In this document: piece by piece, positions 25,901 to 39,115 of the stretch
Numbering within the stretch: the stretch's first letter is position 1
How the letters are laid out: each line of letters opens with the position of its first letter
Source of the DNA: Octopus vulgaris
Lineage: Eukaryota
Direction: 5' to 3'
DNA length: 64,000 bases
NCBI GenBank assembly: GCA_951406725.2
Contig: OX597817.1
Span: 44,330,001-44,394,000, forward strand
Notes under the pieces: generated by a model
The model's input: the letters and a program-made list of their open reading frames with translations, nothing else
Database searches by the model: none
Told to the model about the DNA's origin: nothing
Position numbers and translations under genes: made by a program

Positions 25901-27090
25901 AATCTTATGGTTAACTCGAACATGAATCCACATAAATGCTACATATTCTCACTTTTACTTGCTCAATATCTGACGTTCTGTTGCTGTTTAAGAAACACAC
26001 TGTATAAAACCAAGAGCGATAGTTTTGGCACACTGCTGTCTTCCATGCTTCTGAGTCCATATATGAACGTGGCATGCTTTAATCAATTAAAGTTCAGATT
26101 TAAGTGGTGAGGCGATGTTGTACAAATGTAAAATTATTCAACCAATGTATCGAGCAGTCTAAGCGGCTTCTATTCACTTTTGAAAGCTGTTCCTCTTCAC
26201 TTGCACAGATCAATTCACAATTCTTGTTTCTGTCCATACAAAATAGAATATTTCCCCACTAAATACAAAATAACAGCATGCTGGTTTCAAATTTATTCAT
26301 CCTTACACAAAATAGGACATATTTTTTTCGAAAGTTAGTATTTCATTCTTTATAATCCACCTGAATTATTTAATTCTTTTCATAATTTTTTTTTCTGAAT
26401 GTGAATCAAGCCCACATTTTCCCCTTTAGCACGTAATTACCAAACTAGTAAATCGAGGAAGATCCTACACGGTCTCTCGATCCACTAGAAATAGTAGCTA
26501 AATATCCTCGAACCACGCTTTAGTGTCTTATAAAGAAGCGAAGGAGATACAGCCGGGTAAATCTTCCCCCACTCAGACGCTAGAATCTGCAATAGTACAA
26601 TAATAGAGTGGACAGTAGAGAACACATTTCCAGATGGCCAAACTGCCCATCAGCCTATAAAGTGCTGAATACTTGAGTGAAGTCTGGTCATCCGGTAGGG
26701 TAAAACATAAAACACAATAATATCTACAGAACGCTGTTCTTCAGCCGAATACTTGTTTGCCTTAAGTTTAATTAGTCAGAGCTGATTTGAGGTTATGTAC
26801 TGAAGGTCACATTGAATAATGCTGGATACTCTAAGAAATAAAAGTAACGGTTACGGATGGAACACCGACCGTACAATGAAAGGTCGACATCTGTAACCAA
26901 ATATGTTGATCGCATCTGCTTTCCACCCTTGCAATAAATTATCATAATGACGTTGCTGAATGGATGTAACACGATAAGAATTAATTAGTTAATTATAATA
27001 CCTGCTAATGTATCCTCAGGTTTCCCTTTAATTAAAATTACTCTTGTGAGATAAAAACAAAATGCTTTACTTCTATAATATGAAGACGCT

Positions 27091-27323
27091 AAGGCGGCGA
27101 GCTGACAGAAACGTTAGCAAGCCGGGCGAAATGTGTAGCCGTATTTCGTCTGCCGTTACATTCTGAGTTCAAATTCTGCCGAGGTCGACTTTGTCTTTCA
27201 TCCTTTCGGGGTCGATAAATTAAGTACCAGTTACGCAGTGGGGTCGATATAATCGACTTAATCCGTTTGTCCGTCCTTGTTTGTCCCCTCTGTGTTTAGC
27301 CTCTTGTGGGTAGTAAAGAAATA
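27091..27323 (+). mobile_element. Young family A SINE
   Basis: Full length; TSD TATAATATGAAGAC at 27074-27087 and 27324-27337. Confidence 0.93.
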
Positions 27324-28952
27324 TATAATATGAAGACACAGCAATGGAAGAGTGTGAAACCGCTTCGATTGACCAGTCATAGAAAAAATAAACATTAATA
27401 TTATAATATTGGTATAAATCCTGCAGTACATTTCTGAATTCATAGGAAATCGAAAACATAATTTAATAATTTTTACTTACAGAACAAGTAAACACTTGTA
27501 AAGGATGAATGTCGGACCAATTCAGTATTTTCTTTCAGAATACTGAACATTTTTGTTTGAAACCTTTCTTCAATGCACTCCACATATTTCAAAATCTACT
27601 CTTACTCGAGCAAATCAATATTGATTCCCTTTTACATTGTTTCGGCACCATCAGTTTTGATCAGGTCGAATTGTATTGCATTCTATAGCGATGTGGATAT
27701 CATATCTAGTTCTACTGATTTGATTTGAAAAGGACGTTTGTAGTTTTTATCTAATCTGTTGGAATTAACAGAAAAAAAGGAAAATAATAATAATAGTAAT
27801 AATAAAAACTATTAATTATTTTCTTTTCAACAATAAGAATTTTTTTTTCTATCAGTGAGCTAAAGAGATTAACATTGTTTTAAGATGTTAACATTTTTGG
27901 TTGGACTCAACTATTTCCATTAAATCAACTTCGATATGCCGCTTGCCTACATTTCTTTCCGTCTCCCACCCCAACAATCTACCTAATACATTTACTTTAG
28001 TTCGTAGTGTATTAAAGCATTTTTTGTTGTTTTTTTACAAAGTATGAAAGTTATTAATCCTCGCAGACAAACAGATTATAATGCATTGTTCTGGATTAAA
28101 CTTCCTAAGCTTAAAAAGTGAATTTAATACCAGAGCGCACACACACCACTCAACGTTGCTTTTTTAAAAAAAAATTCAGCAGTGTAGCTTCAGTATAAAT
28201 GGATATAAGTTGTCTTAAAACGTATTGACTCAATAAAGCACCCCGAGATACTTCATTTATGGCAACGAAAGGTGGTAGATTCTGTCCCACCTCGAAATTA
28301 TAAATAACAGATGGTTTTAGACCAATTGTGCACACTGCCGATAATTCACACCGAATTCGATGCCCACTCTGTACTTTAGGTAATCGAACCAACACTTGCT
28401 ACCTACTTTTAAATGGGAATTGAAGGAAAATTATCATGAACTCCGTCGGCAATAATTAATCCTATGCGAGTTAGTTGAAGTAGCTCAATGCCATGAAGAG
28501 TAAATACATGACGTTTCGTTCTATGGTCCTTTCTCATCATCTGAACGTGAGAAGGGGAGGCAAAGTGATGTTTTGTAGAGGACTATTAAGTCATTGACTG
28601 ATTAAGTACGTAATTTTCGCATAGATTCAAACTTGAATTTGAAAATGATACCAAACATGGAACAGTAAAAGAAAGAGGGCCAACAACTTGGAAACCATAG
28701 AAAATTTTAGTTTTGATTGGTTCCCAAAGGGGCAATGCATATTCTCATATACACGGTCTATTCAGAATCGGGATGACAAAAGTTTGATGTTTTATCAACT
28801 TTTTGTATAATCGTCTTTTGATGGCATATGTAGTTTTCTCCTTAAGTATCTGTGTATATGTCGGTCTATACGAGAGTCAATACTCATACATATACATGTG
28901 TGTGTGTGTGTACACACGCACACTCACATACACACACACGTATGTGTTTCAG

Positions 28953-28984
<32 letters not shown>

Positions 28985-28986
28985 CT

Positions 28987-29031
<45 letters not shown>

Positions 29032-30183
29032 GTTATAAACGTACATATATAATATATATTTGCATACATACGAATACATATATATACGCGACAACAGGAA
29101 ATTAGAATATATAAAAATAGTAAAACACAGCAGGATGGGAGTGTGATATGGAGAGAAAAACAGAGAGAAGGAGAGGGGAAAAGAAAGACAGCAACAGGGA
29201 GGGAGGAGCAGAGTGTGAGTTTGCGTAGGTGTGTGTGTTTGTGTGCGCGCGTGCGCATGTGCGTTTGTGGTGGGGATGTATGTTGAGGACTGCGGAACTA
29301 GACTCAATAGTCAATAAAGCTGCATTAGACTTTACACTGAACACCAGATGCGAATCAACAGAATATTAACAGCGGAATGTTGTGTGGAAACACCAATGGG
29401 GATTTGAAAAAAATTGATTTTTTTGGCTATTCTCAGAAGTAATTTTAGGATGCCCTGATTGAGTTTTCTGCTGAAACATATTTTGTAATGATTTTATATA
29501 CTTTATGTCTAAACATTGTCTCCATTTTGGTAAGAAATTTTCATTGTTGCTTGTAATATATGTTGATTATTTTGCATTCAGTAGATGTCGCCACCATTGC
29601 TTATTTTTAAGTAAGAAAATACATGTTCATTGTTATTTAGCTGGTGTTATTAACACAGACTGCTCAGAGGAGAAACTTTGAGATGTAACAGTCGAAAGAT
29701 GCCATTCACCATTGCATATAGGCGATCAAACTTTGTTTCGTCAAGTTTTCGAAATCAAATATGCAAAGATGCTTTTGTATAGTGTGTGATGCTTGTTTTG
29801 TTAAGTTCAGTCAGTAAGCGGTGGAGTTAAAGGGAATTCATTGATATTTGATGATCTCAAGGGATGATCTCAATGGAGAATCAACTCTATTGATCTATTT
29901 CCCCCAAATCTATAATGTTATATACTCTTCTTCTCCAATATCGAATTAAGAATTAAATAATCTGGTTAGAAACACATCAGGATGTCTACAAATAAATCAC
30001 TCTCTCATTCTCTTTGTATTTGTAGTTGAATATTTATATCTACTTGGTTATTTTGCCAGTAGGTGTTACTTTCATTTCAGCGACACTTACTGCCAATGTC
30101 TTCGGGGCCAAAGAGGACGGATTTCTACGATACTGATCGATCTGCTAGAAATAGCAATACTTTCCAAAATCACATCTTATCTA

Positions 30184-30745
30184 TTGGGCTGTCTGGAAAG
30201 TTCGTGCCGATTTATAATAGCTTGCATTTTGACTTATTTTAGAACATGGTTGAGTCCATAAAATAGGATTTGACTATACCTCTATTTAGAGCACAGTTTA
30301 AGCTACCTTTTCCTGGAAGACGGTTCCTATAACCTGTGTTGATTCTGTAACCCTTTAAAATGGAAGATAAGAAAGTTCATTTTCAGCACTTGATGCTTTG
30401 GGAACCAGACAAAAATTGCTGCAGATTGGCTGGGATGTGTTACCACCCCCCATCCATATTCACCAGATATTGCTCCTTCGGATTTCCACTTATTCAGGTC
30501 TCTGCAGAATAGTCTTAATGGTAAAAATTTCAATTCCTTGGATGACTTAAAATGATATCTTGATGAATTCATTGCCATGAAACCACCTCAATTCTGGGGA
30601 GAGGATATTTTCAAGTTAAAGGAAAAATGGAGAAGCATTGTGCAACAAAATGGTTCATATTTGGTTGATTAAAAATGTAATGGCAAGTATTTATTGACCA
30701 TTTTCTTTCCTTTCAAAATCGGCAGGAACTTTCCGGACAACCCAA
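30184..30745 (+). mobile_element. Internally deleted mariner (DD34D) element
   Basis: TIRs TTGGGCTGTCTGGAAAGTTCGTGCCGATTT / AAATCGGCAGGAACTTTCCGGACAACCCAA, TA on both flanks; C-terminal HPYSPDIAPSDFHLFRSLQNSLNGKNF. Confidence 0.93.
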
Positions 30746-30894
30746 TATCAAAAGAAAAAATCGTGGAGAATTTTAGGCCTACCACCTATTATATTTCATT
30801 GAGATAGATAACTATAGTCATAGTTTCACACATTGAAGCTGGGTTTTTGGTAGTGAGATAGCATGTTTTCTAGATTTCATAATTCTGTAATGCA

Positions 30895-31069
30895 CATGCA
30901 TGGCTATGTGGCATTATATTTAAAAGTCTCGCCTTAAAGCCACAAGGTTCTGGATTCAGTTCTGCTACGCAATACTCTGGGCAAGTGTCTTCTACAATAG
31001 CCTCCCCACCTGACCGATCAGTGCTTTGTGAGTGAATTTTCTAAAAGAAACTGAATGGAAGCCCGCCAA

Positions 31070-31075
<6 letters not shown>
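30895..31075 (+). mobile_element. Degenerate family B SINE head
   Basis: GGGCAAGTGTCTTCTACAATAGCCTC and GTGAGTGAATTT blocks. Confidence 0.7.
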
Positions 31076-31115
<40 letters not shown>

Positions 31116-31154
31116 CTGAGGTGTGTTCCTTTTGATTCTTTTACTTTTTACTTG

Positions 31155-31226
<72 letters not shown>

Positions 31227-31311
31227 ATCTCTAAGTGTATGTATGTGTGTGTGCATGTATGTATTTATGTATGTATATAACACACACATATATATATAAA
31301 TAAATATAAAT

Positions 31312-31547
31312 GCGCTCTTTTAAAGCCTAGCCAGGATCATGGGCCCGGTTTCCCGGTTTCTATGGCGTATGTGTTTCCCAGCTGGACGGGACGCCAGTCC
31401 ATCGCAGCATTACTCATTTTTGCCATCTGAGTGGACTGGAGCAAGATGAAATGAAATGTTTTGCTCAAGAACACACCTTGTCTCCCGGTCAGAAAAACCA
31501 CAATCTTACGATCATGTTGCTGACGCCCTAACCACTAAGCCACGCAC

Positions 31548-31551
<4 letters not shown>
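31312..31551 (-). mobile_element. Family C-type head with an alternative tail
   Basis: CTGAGTGGACTGGAGCAA core as at 9327; tail GGCCCGGTTTCCCGGTTTC shared with the 63128 copy. Confidence 0.82.
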
Positions 31552-31644
<93 letters not shown>

Positions 31645-32832
31645 AATATGTATATATATATATCTATGTACGTATTTTTGAATGTAAATGTACAACATAC
31701 ACAAACATTATATACATATATGCACATATATACATAAGTACATACACGTATATGTGTGAATACATAAATGTATATATGTATATATAATGCATACATACAT
31801 AGATGTATATATGTATAAATGTCAATTTATTTGACTACATATTTTCCTCTACAATAGTCAGGGTTGTGCCTTGTCAGAAGAAATAGTTATTCATTTTGAT
31901 ATTTACTGGGAAATTGCAAAACTTATTTCACTCCCAACAGCAGCTTTCATATTCCAGTTAAATATCAACTCATGGGAATCTGAGTCTGATAGCTAGTTGC
32001 TAGTGATGTTGCAGTAGATATACTATTTTCCGTGCTGATCAATTCCCCTTCAATTAGCTTACTTAGACAAAATCTACATCAAACGAAATGTATGCAATTT
32101 TCGCTCGAAAGCCTGAAGAAACATTCAAAATTATTTTCCTTATAAATACATTTCAACTGCTTTGATTTATTTTACTACATATGAGGAAATTATATCTACT
32201 GAATTATGCTCTGTACAAAAATCTATTGATGTTGTGAGTTTTAGTTTTATTCGAAATCAATTACATAAATTGTATATTATTCAGATTTTGACTCACTTCC
32301 CACATATGTGAGGAGGTGGTCAATGATTTATGTTATTTGTTCGTGTTTTGAAACTTCGATGTCTGCTCTGATAGTAGTAGTTACTTTATTGAGACATGCA
32401 GAAGAGAAGTTACATCTGTCTAGCTCTATTCCAAATTGTTAAGAAGATGAATATCTATTTATATGAAGCAAAAATCAAATGCAAAAACAGCCGAAAACAA
32501 AACCCGTTAACTGGCTGAAAGCCAAAAACAAAACGAAAAGTATCAAATAAAACTCAATCAAATATAACTGTGTTCTGAAATCGATCTGTTTCTCACGAGA
32601 AATTTCTAAAGTGAAGTTGGATCATGTTCAAGGATAACTCATAATTTAGCAACGGTTTTAGCTTTTCGTTTAAATTAAGAATACATTGTTCTTTCAGAGA
32701 CTAGCCGCTTGTCATGTCGATACGTCGTACTGCTAACCGAAGAATCGTAGGTTCATACCCTGTTACCAACCTGCTGCATGATAACTTTGACCAAGATGTG
32801 TAACTCGCAATGGATAGTCGCTGCCTATTATT

Positions 32833-33271
32833 GGGACCTTTTCGGTTTGACCGGGAGTTTTTAAAAATAATTTCTACGTAACTAAACACTTTTAAACTTC
32901 GAATACTGGTAGAATGTGTTTATAAGACATCTTTTTCTCTTGGCTTTATTGAAAAAATTCTATAGTTTCTAAGATATTTGTTGTTGTTTTTTCTTCAATT
33001 TCTTCAATTTCAACCAATCAATGACGTCTATTGAGGTGAAAACATTCTGTGCCGTATGAATATATCCTTCGTTTAAGAAACAGATTGGATTTATTTACAT
33101 TTCTGAAGGAGAAAAAAAAGATACCCTTCCCCCACCCATAACCCTAATCCTAACTAACCCTAACCCTAAAACACATTGAAATACAATAGATCGATACTAG
33201 GGTCATAATTATGGGTGACAATTTCATATGACACCGCTAGGAAAAACTGCCGTTCAAACCGAAAAGATCCC
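32833..33271. mobile_element. MITE / non-autonomous DNA transposon with ~30-bp TIRs and internal telomere-like repeats
   Basis: GGGACCTTTTCGGTTTGACCGGGAGTTTTT / AAAAACTGCCGTTCAAACCGAAAAGATCCC; degenerate (TAACCC)n at ~33138-33168. Confidence 0.88.
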
Positions 33272-33476
33272 AGTATTGTAAATAATCGAAGCTTAGCTGT
33301 AATCAACGAGCGTCCTTTTTAGCTGGATACTTTGAGTTCATTGTCATCCAATGAGAAATTGAACAGAGCGAGCAATTCAGTGTTTCTGTATGCGCGTGCT
33401 TTTTGTAGAGATTTGACAACACCCACAGAGACGTTTAGTATAGCTAAATAGTGAAGAGGTATGCTTCGCGACCGCC

Positions 33477-33961
33477 AAGGCGGCGAGCCGGCAGAATCGT
33501 TAGCACGCCGGGCTAAATGCTTAGCGGTATTTCGTCTGTCTCTACGTTCTGGGTTCAAATTCCGCCGAGGTCGACTTTGCCTTTCATCCTTTCGGGGTCG
33601 ATAAATTAAGTACCAGTTACGCATTGGGGTCGATGTAATCGACTTAATCCGTTTGTCTGTCTTTGTTTGTCCTCTCTGTGTTTAGCCCCTTTTGGGTAGT
33701 AAAGAAATAGGTATGCTTCGCGATCGCCAAGGCGGCGAGCTGGCAGAAACGTTAGCACGCCGTGCGAAATGCTGTTCGGTATTTCGTCTGCCGTTACGTT
33801 CTGAGTTCAAATTCCGCCGAGGTCGACTTTGCTTTTCATCCTTTCGGGGTCGATGAATTAAGTACCAGTTACGCACTGGGGTCCATGTAATCGACTTAAT
33901 CCATTTGTCTGTCCTTGTTTGTTCTCTCTGTGTTTAGCCCCTTGTGGGTAGTAAAGAAATA
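33477..33961 (+). mobile_element. Head-to-tail dimer of young family A SINEs (33477-33709, 33729-33961) inside an old family B-like head
   Basis: GGTATGCTTCGCGA(C/T)C occurs three times: 33458-33473, 33710-33725 and 33962-33977. Confidence 0.93.
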
Positions 33962-34299
33962 GGTATGCTTCGCGACCACGAGTTCTAGGACTGGATCCCG
34001 CAATGTGGCATCATGGGTGAATGTCATATTCTATAACTTCATGTCGATCCATATCTTGTAAATAAAGCTGGGAGAATGGAAACTCTATGGAAGAAAGTTA
34101 GATGCATTTTACTTTTAGGTGAAAAGGTCAGCCTTGTCGCACATACTATGTTGCCTGATTCTGTCTGGAATTACGTTAAGTGAACATATTCCTGTGGAAT
34201 ACTCGGACACTTACACAATAATTCAATCAGCAAGAAATCCAGTCGATCAAACATTTAAATACCCGCTTTGTAAGTCTCTGGTTCAATCTCACAGTACAG

Positions 34300-35341
34300 T
34301 AACTTGAGCAAACTGTCGAGGTGGCCAAAGGGTCCGTTCGTTTTTTGTTGACACTAAACTTCAAGCACTCTGATGAGTAGCCATATTCAGTCTGTATCTT
34401 GTACGCGTGCACTTGATAAATACTTACTCCTCGGTTGAAGGTGCATCTCGTTCTGGCCGGCTAACTGATTTTAATTGCGACAGCAGCACCCATTATACGA
34501 CCCAACTTATCTCAGATATTCCCTAAATATCGAAATGGAATGTTAAAAACCATCTACATCAACTTGGTTATGCCACCAGGCTCGATGTTTGGATCACACA
34601 TCAGTTGAATGAAGCTCGCCTTGTCCGACAGATATCTATCTGAAATTCATGGCAGAAATGTGACGAAAACGATCCTTTTTTGAAACGAATTGTGACAGGA
34701 AAACAGAAAATGGATAGTCTATAACAATGCGACCACGAGAAATTCAAACTATCATCGTGGAAGCGCAGTGAACCACCACAAACAACCTCCAGAGCAGGAC
34801 TGCTCATGAAAAAAAAGGTTACGCTTTCAATTTGCATAGAGTTCAGTGTGTTGTCGTTTACGAGCTTCCTCACACGGCCAGAAACATCCATTCGGATGCA
34901 CACTGTGACCAGCTGGACAATTGAAACGAAGCAATGCATGAGGAGTGTCCAGTACCTGCTAACCATAAAGTCATTATTTTTCAGCACAAGAATGTCACAC
35001 TGCAAATTTCCTTGGTGACACGGCAGAAATTATTGGGGATTAGCTGGGAAGTTTTGCTGTGTTCTCCTTATTCATCCGCCCTTGCACCTTCAGATGCCAA
35101 TCAGTTTCCATCTTTTCATTGAATGGAGAGATTTTCAACTCTAGAGAGGGTGTAAGAGTTCAGCTGGAAGAGTTTTTCACCGGTAAAGACAGGAAATTCT
35201 ATGAGCAGGGAATAATGGGTCTGTATACAGATTTGCAGAAAATACTTGAACGAAACTAATTATATTATTGATTGAACAAATCGCTTTGTTTAAAACTTAT
35301 TTTCCCTTAAAAAACCGAAGAGACATTTTTAGCCAACCCAA
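34300..35341 (+). mobile_element. Degenerate mariner transposase with right TIR
   Basis: RSGR, FLKRIVTG and YSSALAPSD motifs across frameshifts; ends TTTTAGCCAACCCAA|TA. Confidence 0.88.
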
Positions 35342-35347
35342 TACTAA

Positions 35348-35620
35348 GGCGTCGGGCCGCCCAAAGCCTTGTGAGTAAACTTGGTAGAAAGAATGCGTGT
35401 GGAAGCTCATTGTAGATATATATATATATATATACATATGTGGGGGGGGGACGATGTGTGTAAGTATACGCATGTTTATGTATGTGTGTATCCTCTTTTT
35501 GAGTTTGTCCATTCAGCCGATGTTGGTTTGTTTTCGTCCCTCCCGCTGTAATGTTGCTTTTCTGTGTGTATGTGTGTTGAAGGCAGTGCCACAGCATCAT
35601 TGCAGTTCAATAACTAAAAT
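35348..35620 (+). mobile_element. Degenerate family B SINE body
   Basis: CGGGCCGCCCAAAGCCTTGTGAGT and CAGCCGATGTTGGT blocks. Confidence 0.65.
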
Positions 35621-36578
35621 AAAATAAATATAAAAGAATAAATTACTCATCAAATATTAAAAAAATCCTACAAAATGCCCCGAAACGCGGTGTTTTGTAT
35701 TACACATGAACATATCTACATATAACATGTTTTACCTTCTCTGTAATATTTAGAACCTTCCATTGCCTTCGTAAGCAAGTAGTTTATATTTTTATTCTAT
35801 TTACGTTCCCGCTGTTTCTGAATTTTATACCTTCAATTACTACGGTGACCTTGTGTTAAAACAGCTGATATAAATTTAGCAGACAGCCCAAAACATTTCT
35901 TTCGCATCCTTGAAGCAAGTTAACCTTGTTTACAGAAAAGAAATGCTTGAACTGTCGCGGATTATTAGCCATAGACCAAATATATTTTTTATGATATATT
36001 CTTCATTTTCATATCCGTTCTATTTCCATCACATTGACAGTTGCCGTAGCATTGAAAATCTTTAATTTATCTTAAATCTTTTATTGAACGTGTTTCGGTG
36101 GATAGTCTTAGTTTTTGGGTATGTTGTATGATGTGTTTTGCTAAACTCGTGCATGATATTAGACGGATACAGACACATGTATGTTTGTATGCATGTATGT
36201 ATGTATGTATGTATGTATGTATGTATGTATGTATATATATTAAAATTACAAAATGGGAGAAGAACGCAAAACATCCAAATAGACGATACAAAAATTACGT
36301 ACGGCCCATTCGAAGCCTTTAATCTTCAGTCAAGAACCGGATCATCCTCGCTATTTCGGCTGATTAATCTTGAGATTGCTCCAATCTGGCCAGCCCCAAG
36401 GAAAGACTAAGCTAAGAGCATTAGATTTCTTGGAAAAAGAATCGAATGTATACGAAACAAGGACGGAAAAACGGACGGTGTTACACGAATATAAATACAA
36501 AAAAGCAATATGTATGTATGTAATGTACGAGTGTATGTATGTACGTACGAGTCAATGTATGCATAGATTTATGTATAT

Positions 36579-36975
36579 AGGCGCAGGAGTGGCTGTGTGG
36601 TAAGTAGCTTGCTTACCAACCACATGGTTCCGGGTTCATTCCCACTGCGTGGCATCTTGAGCAAGTGTCTTCTACTAGTCTCGGGCCGACCAAAGCCTTG
36701 TGAGTGGATTTGGCAGATGGAAACTGAAAAGAAGCCCGTCGTATATATGTATATATGTGTGTGTGTTTAAGTGTCTGTGTTTGTCCCCCCAACATCGCTT
36801 GACAGCCGATGCTGGTGTGTTTGCGTCCCCGTAGCTTAGCTGTTCGGCAAAAGAGACCGATAGAATAAGTACTAGGCTTACAAAGAATAATTCCTGGAGT
36901 CGATTTGCTTGACTAAAGGTGGTGCTCCAGCATGGCCGCAGTCAAATGACTGAAACAAGTACAAGAGTAAAAGAG
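36579..36975 (+). mobile_element. Full-length family B SINE
   Basis: AGGCGCAGGAGTGGCTGTGTGGTAAG ... CAGTCAAATGACTGAAACAAG. Confidence 0.93.
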
Positions 36976-37757
36976 ATACCTGTATGTGCATGTGTGCGCG
37001 TGTGTGTGTGTGTTCGTATGTGTCTGTACATGTACAATGTTCTACACAGAAGGATATCATTTCTTTGCCGATACATTCTACTCTTCTAAGATGACCAAAC
37101 CTCAAATCGAATTACCCCAAAACACCTGTATTCGTTACACAGACACATTAACGTGGAAATAAATGCACTGACTGTAATGAAATAGTAAGTTTCAAAGACA
37201 GGAAAACAATTTTCTGTCTGTAGCTGTAAATAGACAAAATTTATACCTCTATAAATTATATTACGAATATACATACATACATACTTACGTACGTACTTTC
37301 GTATGTACATGTGTGTTTGTGTGTGTGTATTCGTAATATAATTTATAATGGTACAAATTTTCTCTTTTTACAGCTGTAGTTATGTACTTATACATATTTA
37401 TATATGCATATGTGTAGGCATGTATGTAGGTATGTATGTATTCATGTTGCTGATATAATTCGAATGCTGTATTTCTTTGTACTATAAATTCAATATTCCA
37501 ATATTTATTAACACCCAAAATACATTGGCTGTAATGAGAAAGGCATGAATATCATGAGAACATTTTATCTTTTCCCTTATAAGCGTTAAATCATGTGTCC
37601 AGAGGAAATAAAACTGACTTCACTTTCTGGTAAACGTACATATTTAATGAAATGTGAAATGACAAAAATTAATAAATAATCCCAGCGAACATGAAGGTAG
37701 ATTTTTTAAATGGCTTAGTGAATAATTAATTCATAATGAATTCGACAGGATTTTTCT

Positions 37758-38017
37758 CCGTCCATCCATTCATCCATTTTCAGCGATGACTTTTCCTGGA
37801 AGGGTCGCGGTCGGGAGATGGAGCTTTCAGGTACCTCTTCTATAAGATTCTATCAGAACCGTCACTAAACTTTCCCGTTGGATACCCAAGGGTAAGCAAC
37901 TGATTTTATGGATATTATCCAAACATCACGCTCATGATCAACCCTTCGCTCTTCTGCCAATTGGCTCGGCTTGAAGAACCAGTCTTGCGATCCTTTCCTT
38001 CAGCATTACACCCATAG
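37758..38017 (-). mobile_element. RTE/Expander-like LINE 3' end with (ATGG)n tail
   Basis: Minus translation ERIARLVLQAEPIGRRAKG...LDNI; CCGCGACC..., then GGATGAATGGATGGACGG. Confidence 0.7.
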
Positions 38018-38020
38018 TGT

Positions 38021-38072
<52 letters not shown>

Positions 38073-38337
38073 ACAAATAGTGAGGAATTATCAATCCGGG
38101 AAAAATACTTCATAAGCTCTCTGTTGGCACACTAGGGTAACAGTATTTCTTTGATTAGTGTGAGAACTCCAAGTAATCTTTCGGTTGGGTCTCAAGTTAT
38201 AGATCATCATAATTCTATATTGTAGATCCGTGGATGGGCTTCAGATGAACTGTTTTTTACAGAGTGATATATATATATATAAGAGACAACTTAAAAAATA
38301 ATCCTCATTACATATAATTCCTTTATTAGAGCATATT

Positions 38338-38443
38338 TGGCTTACAGCTGTTTCCAATAGTCATTATAGATAGGTTTACTCAATTAATCAATTCAGGTAA
38401 ATTGAACGACTTAAGAAAATTAACGCTGCTTTCATCAGAGCCA
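38338..38443 (-). ncRNA. Type I hammerhead ribozyme motif with long stem II
   Basis: TGGCT-CTGATGA-(77 nt)-GAAA-CAGCTG-TA-AGCCA: 5-bp stem I, intact core and palindromic stem III. Confidence 0.7.
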
Positions 38444-38774
38444 TTACTGAAAAAAAAATTAATATAAGCATACAACTTTAGCGTTGATGGTAGAAATAGC
38501 GAGATTAAACTACAGGTCTAGTCATGCAGAAAAACTGAGATAGATATGATTAGTCACAAGTCTATTCGGATTTTGAACAGCAAACTATGGGCGACTTTTA
38601 ATTCACGGATAGATTAGTTGCACATATTAATTTATAGTATATACAAATTTGTGCGCCACTCGACCGTCTATATGCAAATAGTGAATGCGCTGACAATGTG
38701 GATTCATTCCTTTACTCACTGTGCACTACACTATGTTCTTTTGAGTAATTGTAAAGGTAAGATAAGAGTATAAA

Positions 38775-39115
38775 GCCCTCTCGGTCATGTATGACCATGG
38801 GATTGCACCTAGAAAGCTACCCTCCAAGGAACAAGTCCGGACAAGGCTGCTTATGGAAGACCAGCAGTCGCCCATGCATACCAGTCTCACCTCTCCATGC
38901 CGCCTATGTTACCCAAGAGAAAGGCAGAGGCCGATAAAGCTTGGCACCAGTGACATCGTAACTCGTTTCTACAGCAAGTCGTTTCTATAGTGAACTGGAA
39001 CAATATAAAATAAAGTGTCGTGCTCAAGAACACAACACAGCCCAGTCCAGGAATCAAACTCACTACCTTATGATCGTGAGCCCGACGCTTTAACAACTGA
39101 GCCATGTGCCTTCAC
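38775..39115 (-). mobile_element. Family C-type head SINE with RTE-like tail
   Basis: tRNA-like head (GTGAAGGCACATGGCTCAGTTGTTAA, GTTTGATTCC), core TGTTCCAGTTCACT, and a tail resembling RTE/BovB UTR-derived SINE tails. Confidence 0.8.

Noticed and set aside
33138-33168. Telomere or chromosome-fusion scar
   Set aside because: Only about five degenerate units, enclosed by MITE TIRs
34300-35341. SETMAR-like host gene
   Set aside because: Only a broken mariner transposase with a TIR; no SET domain
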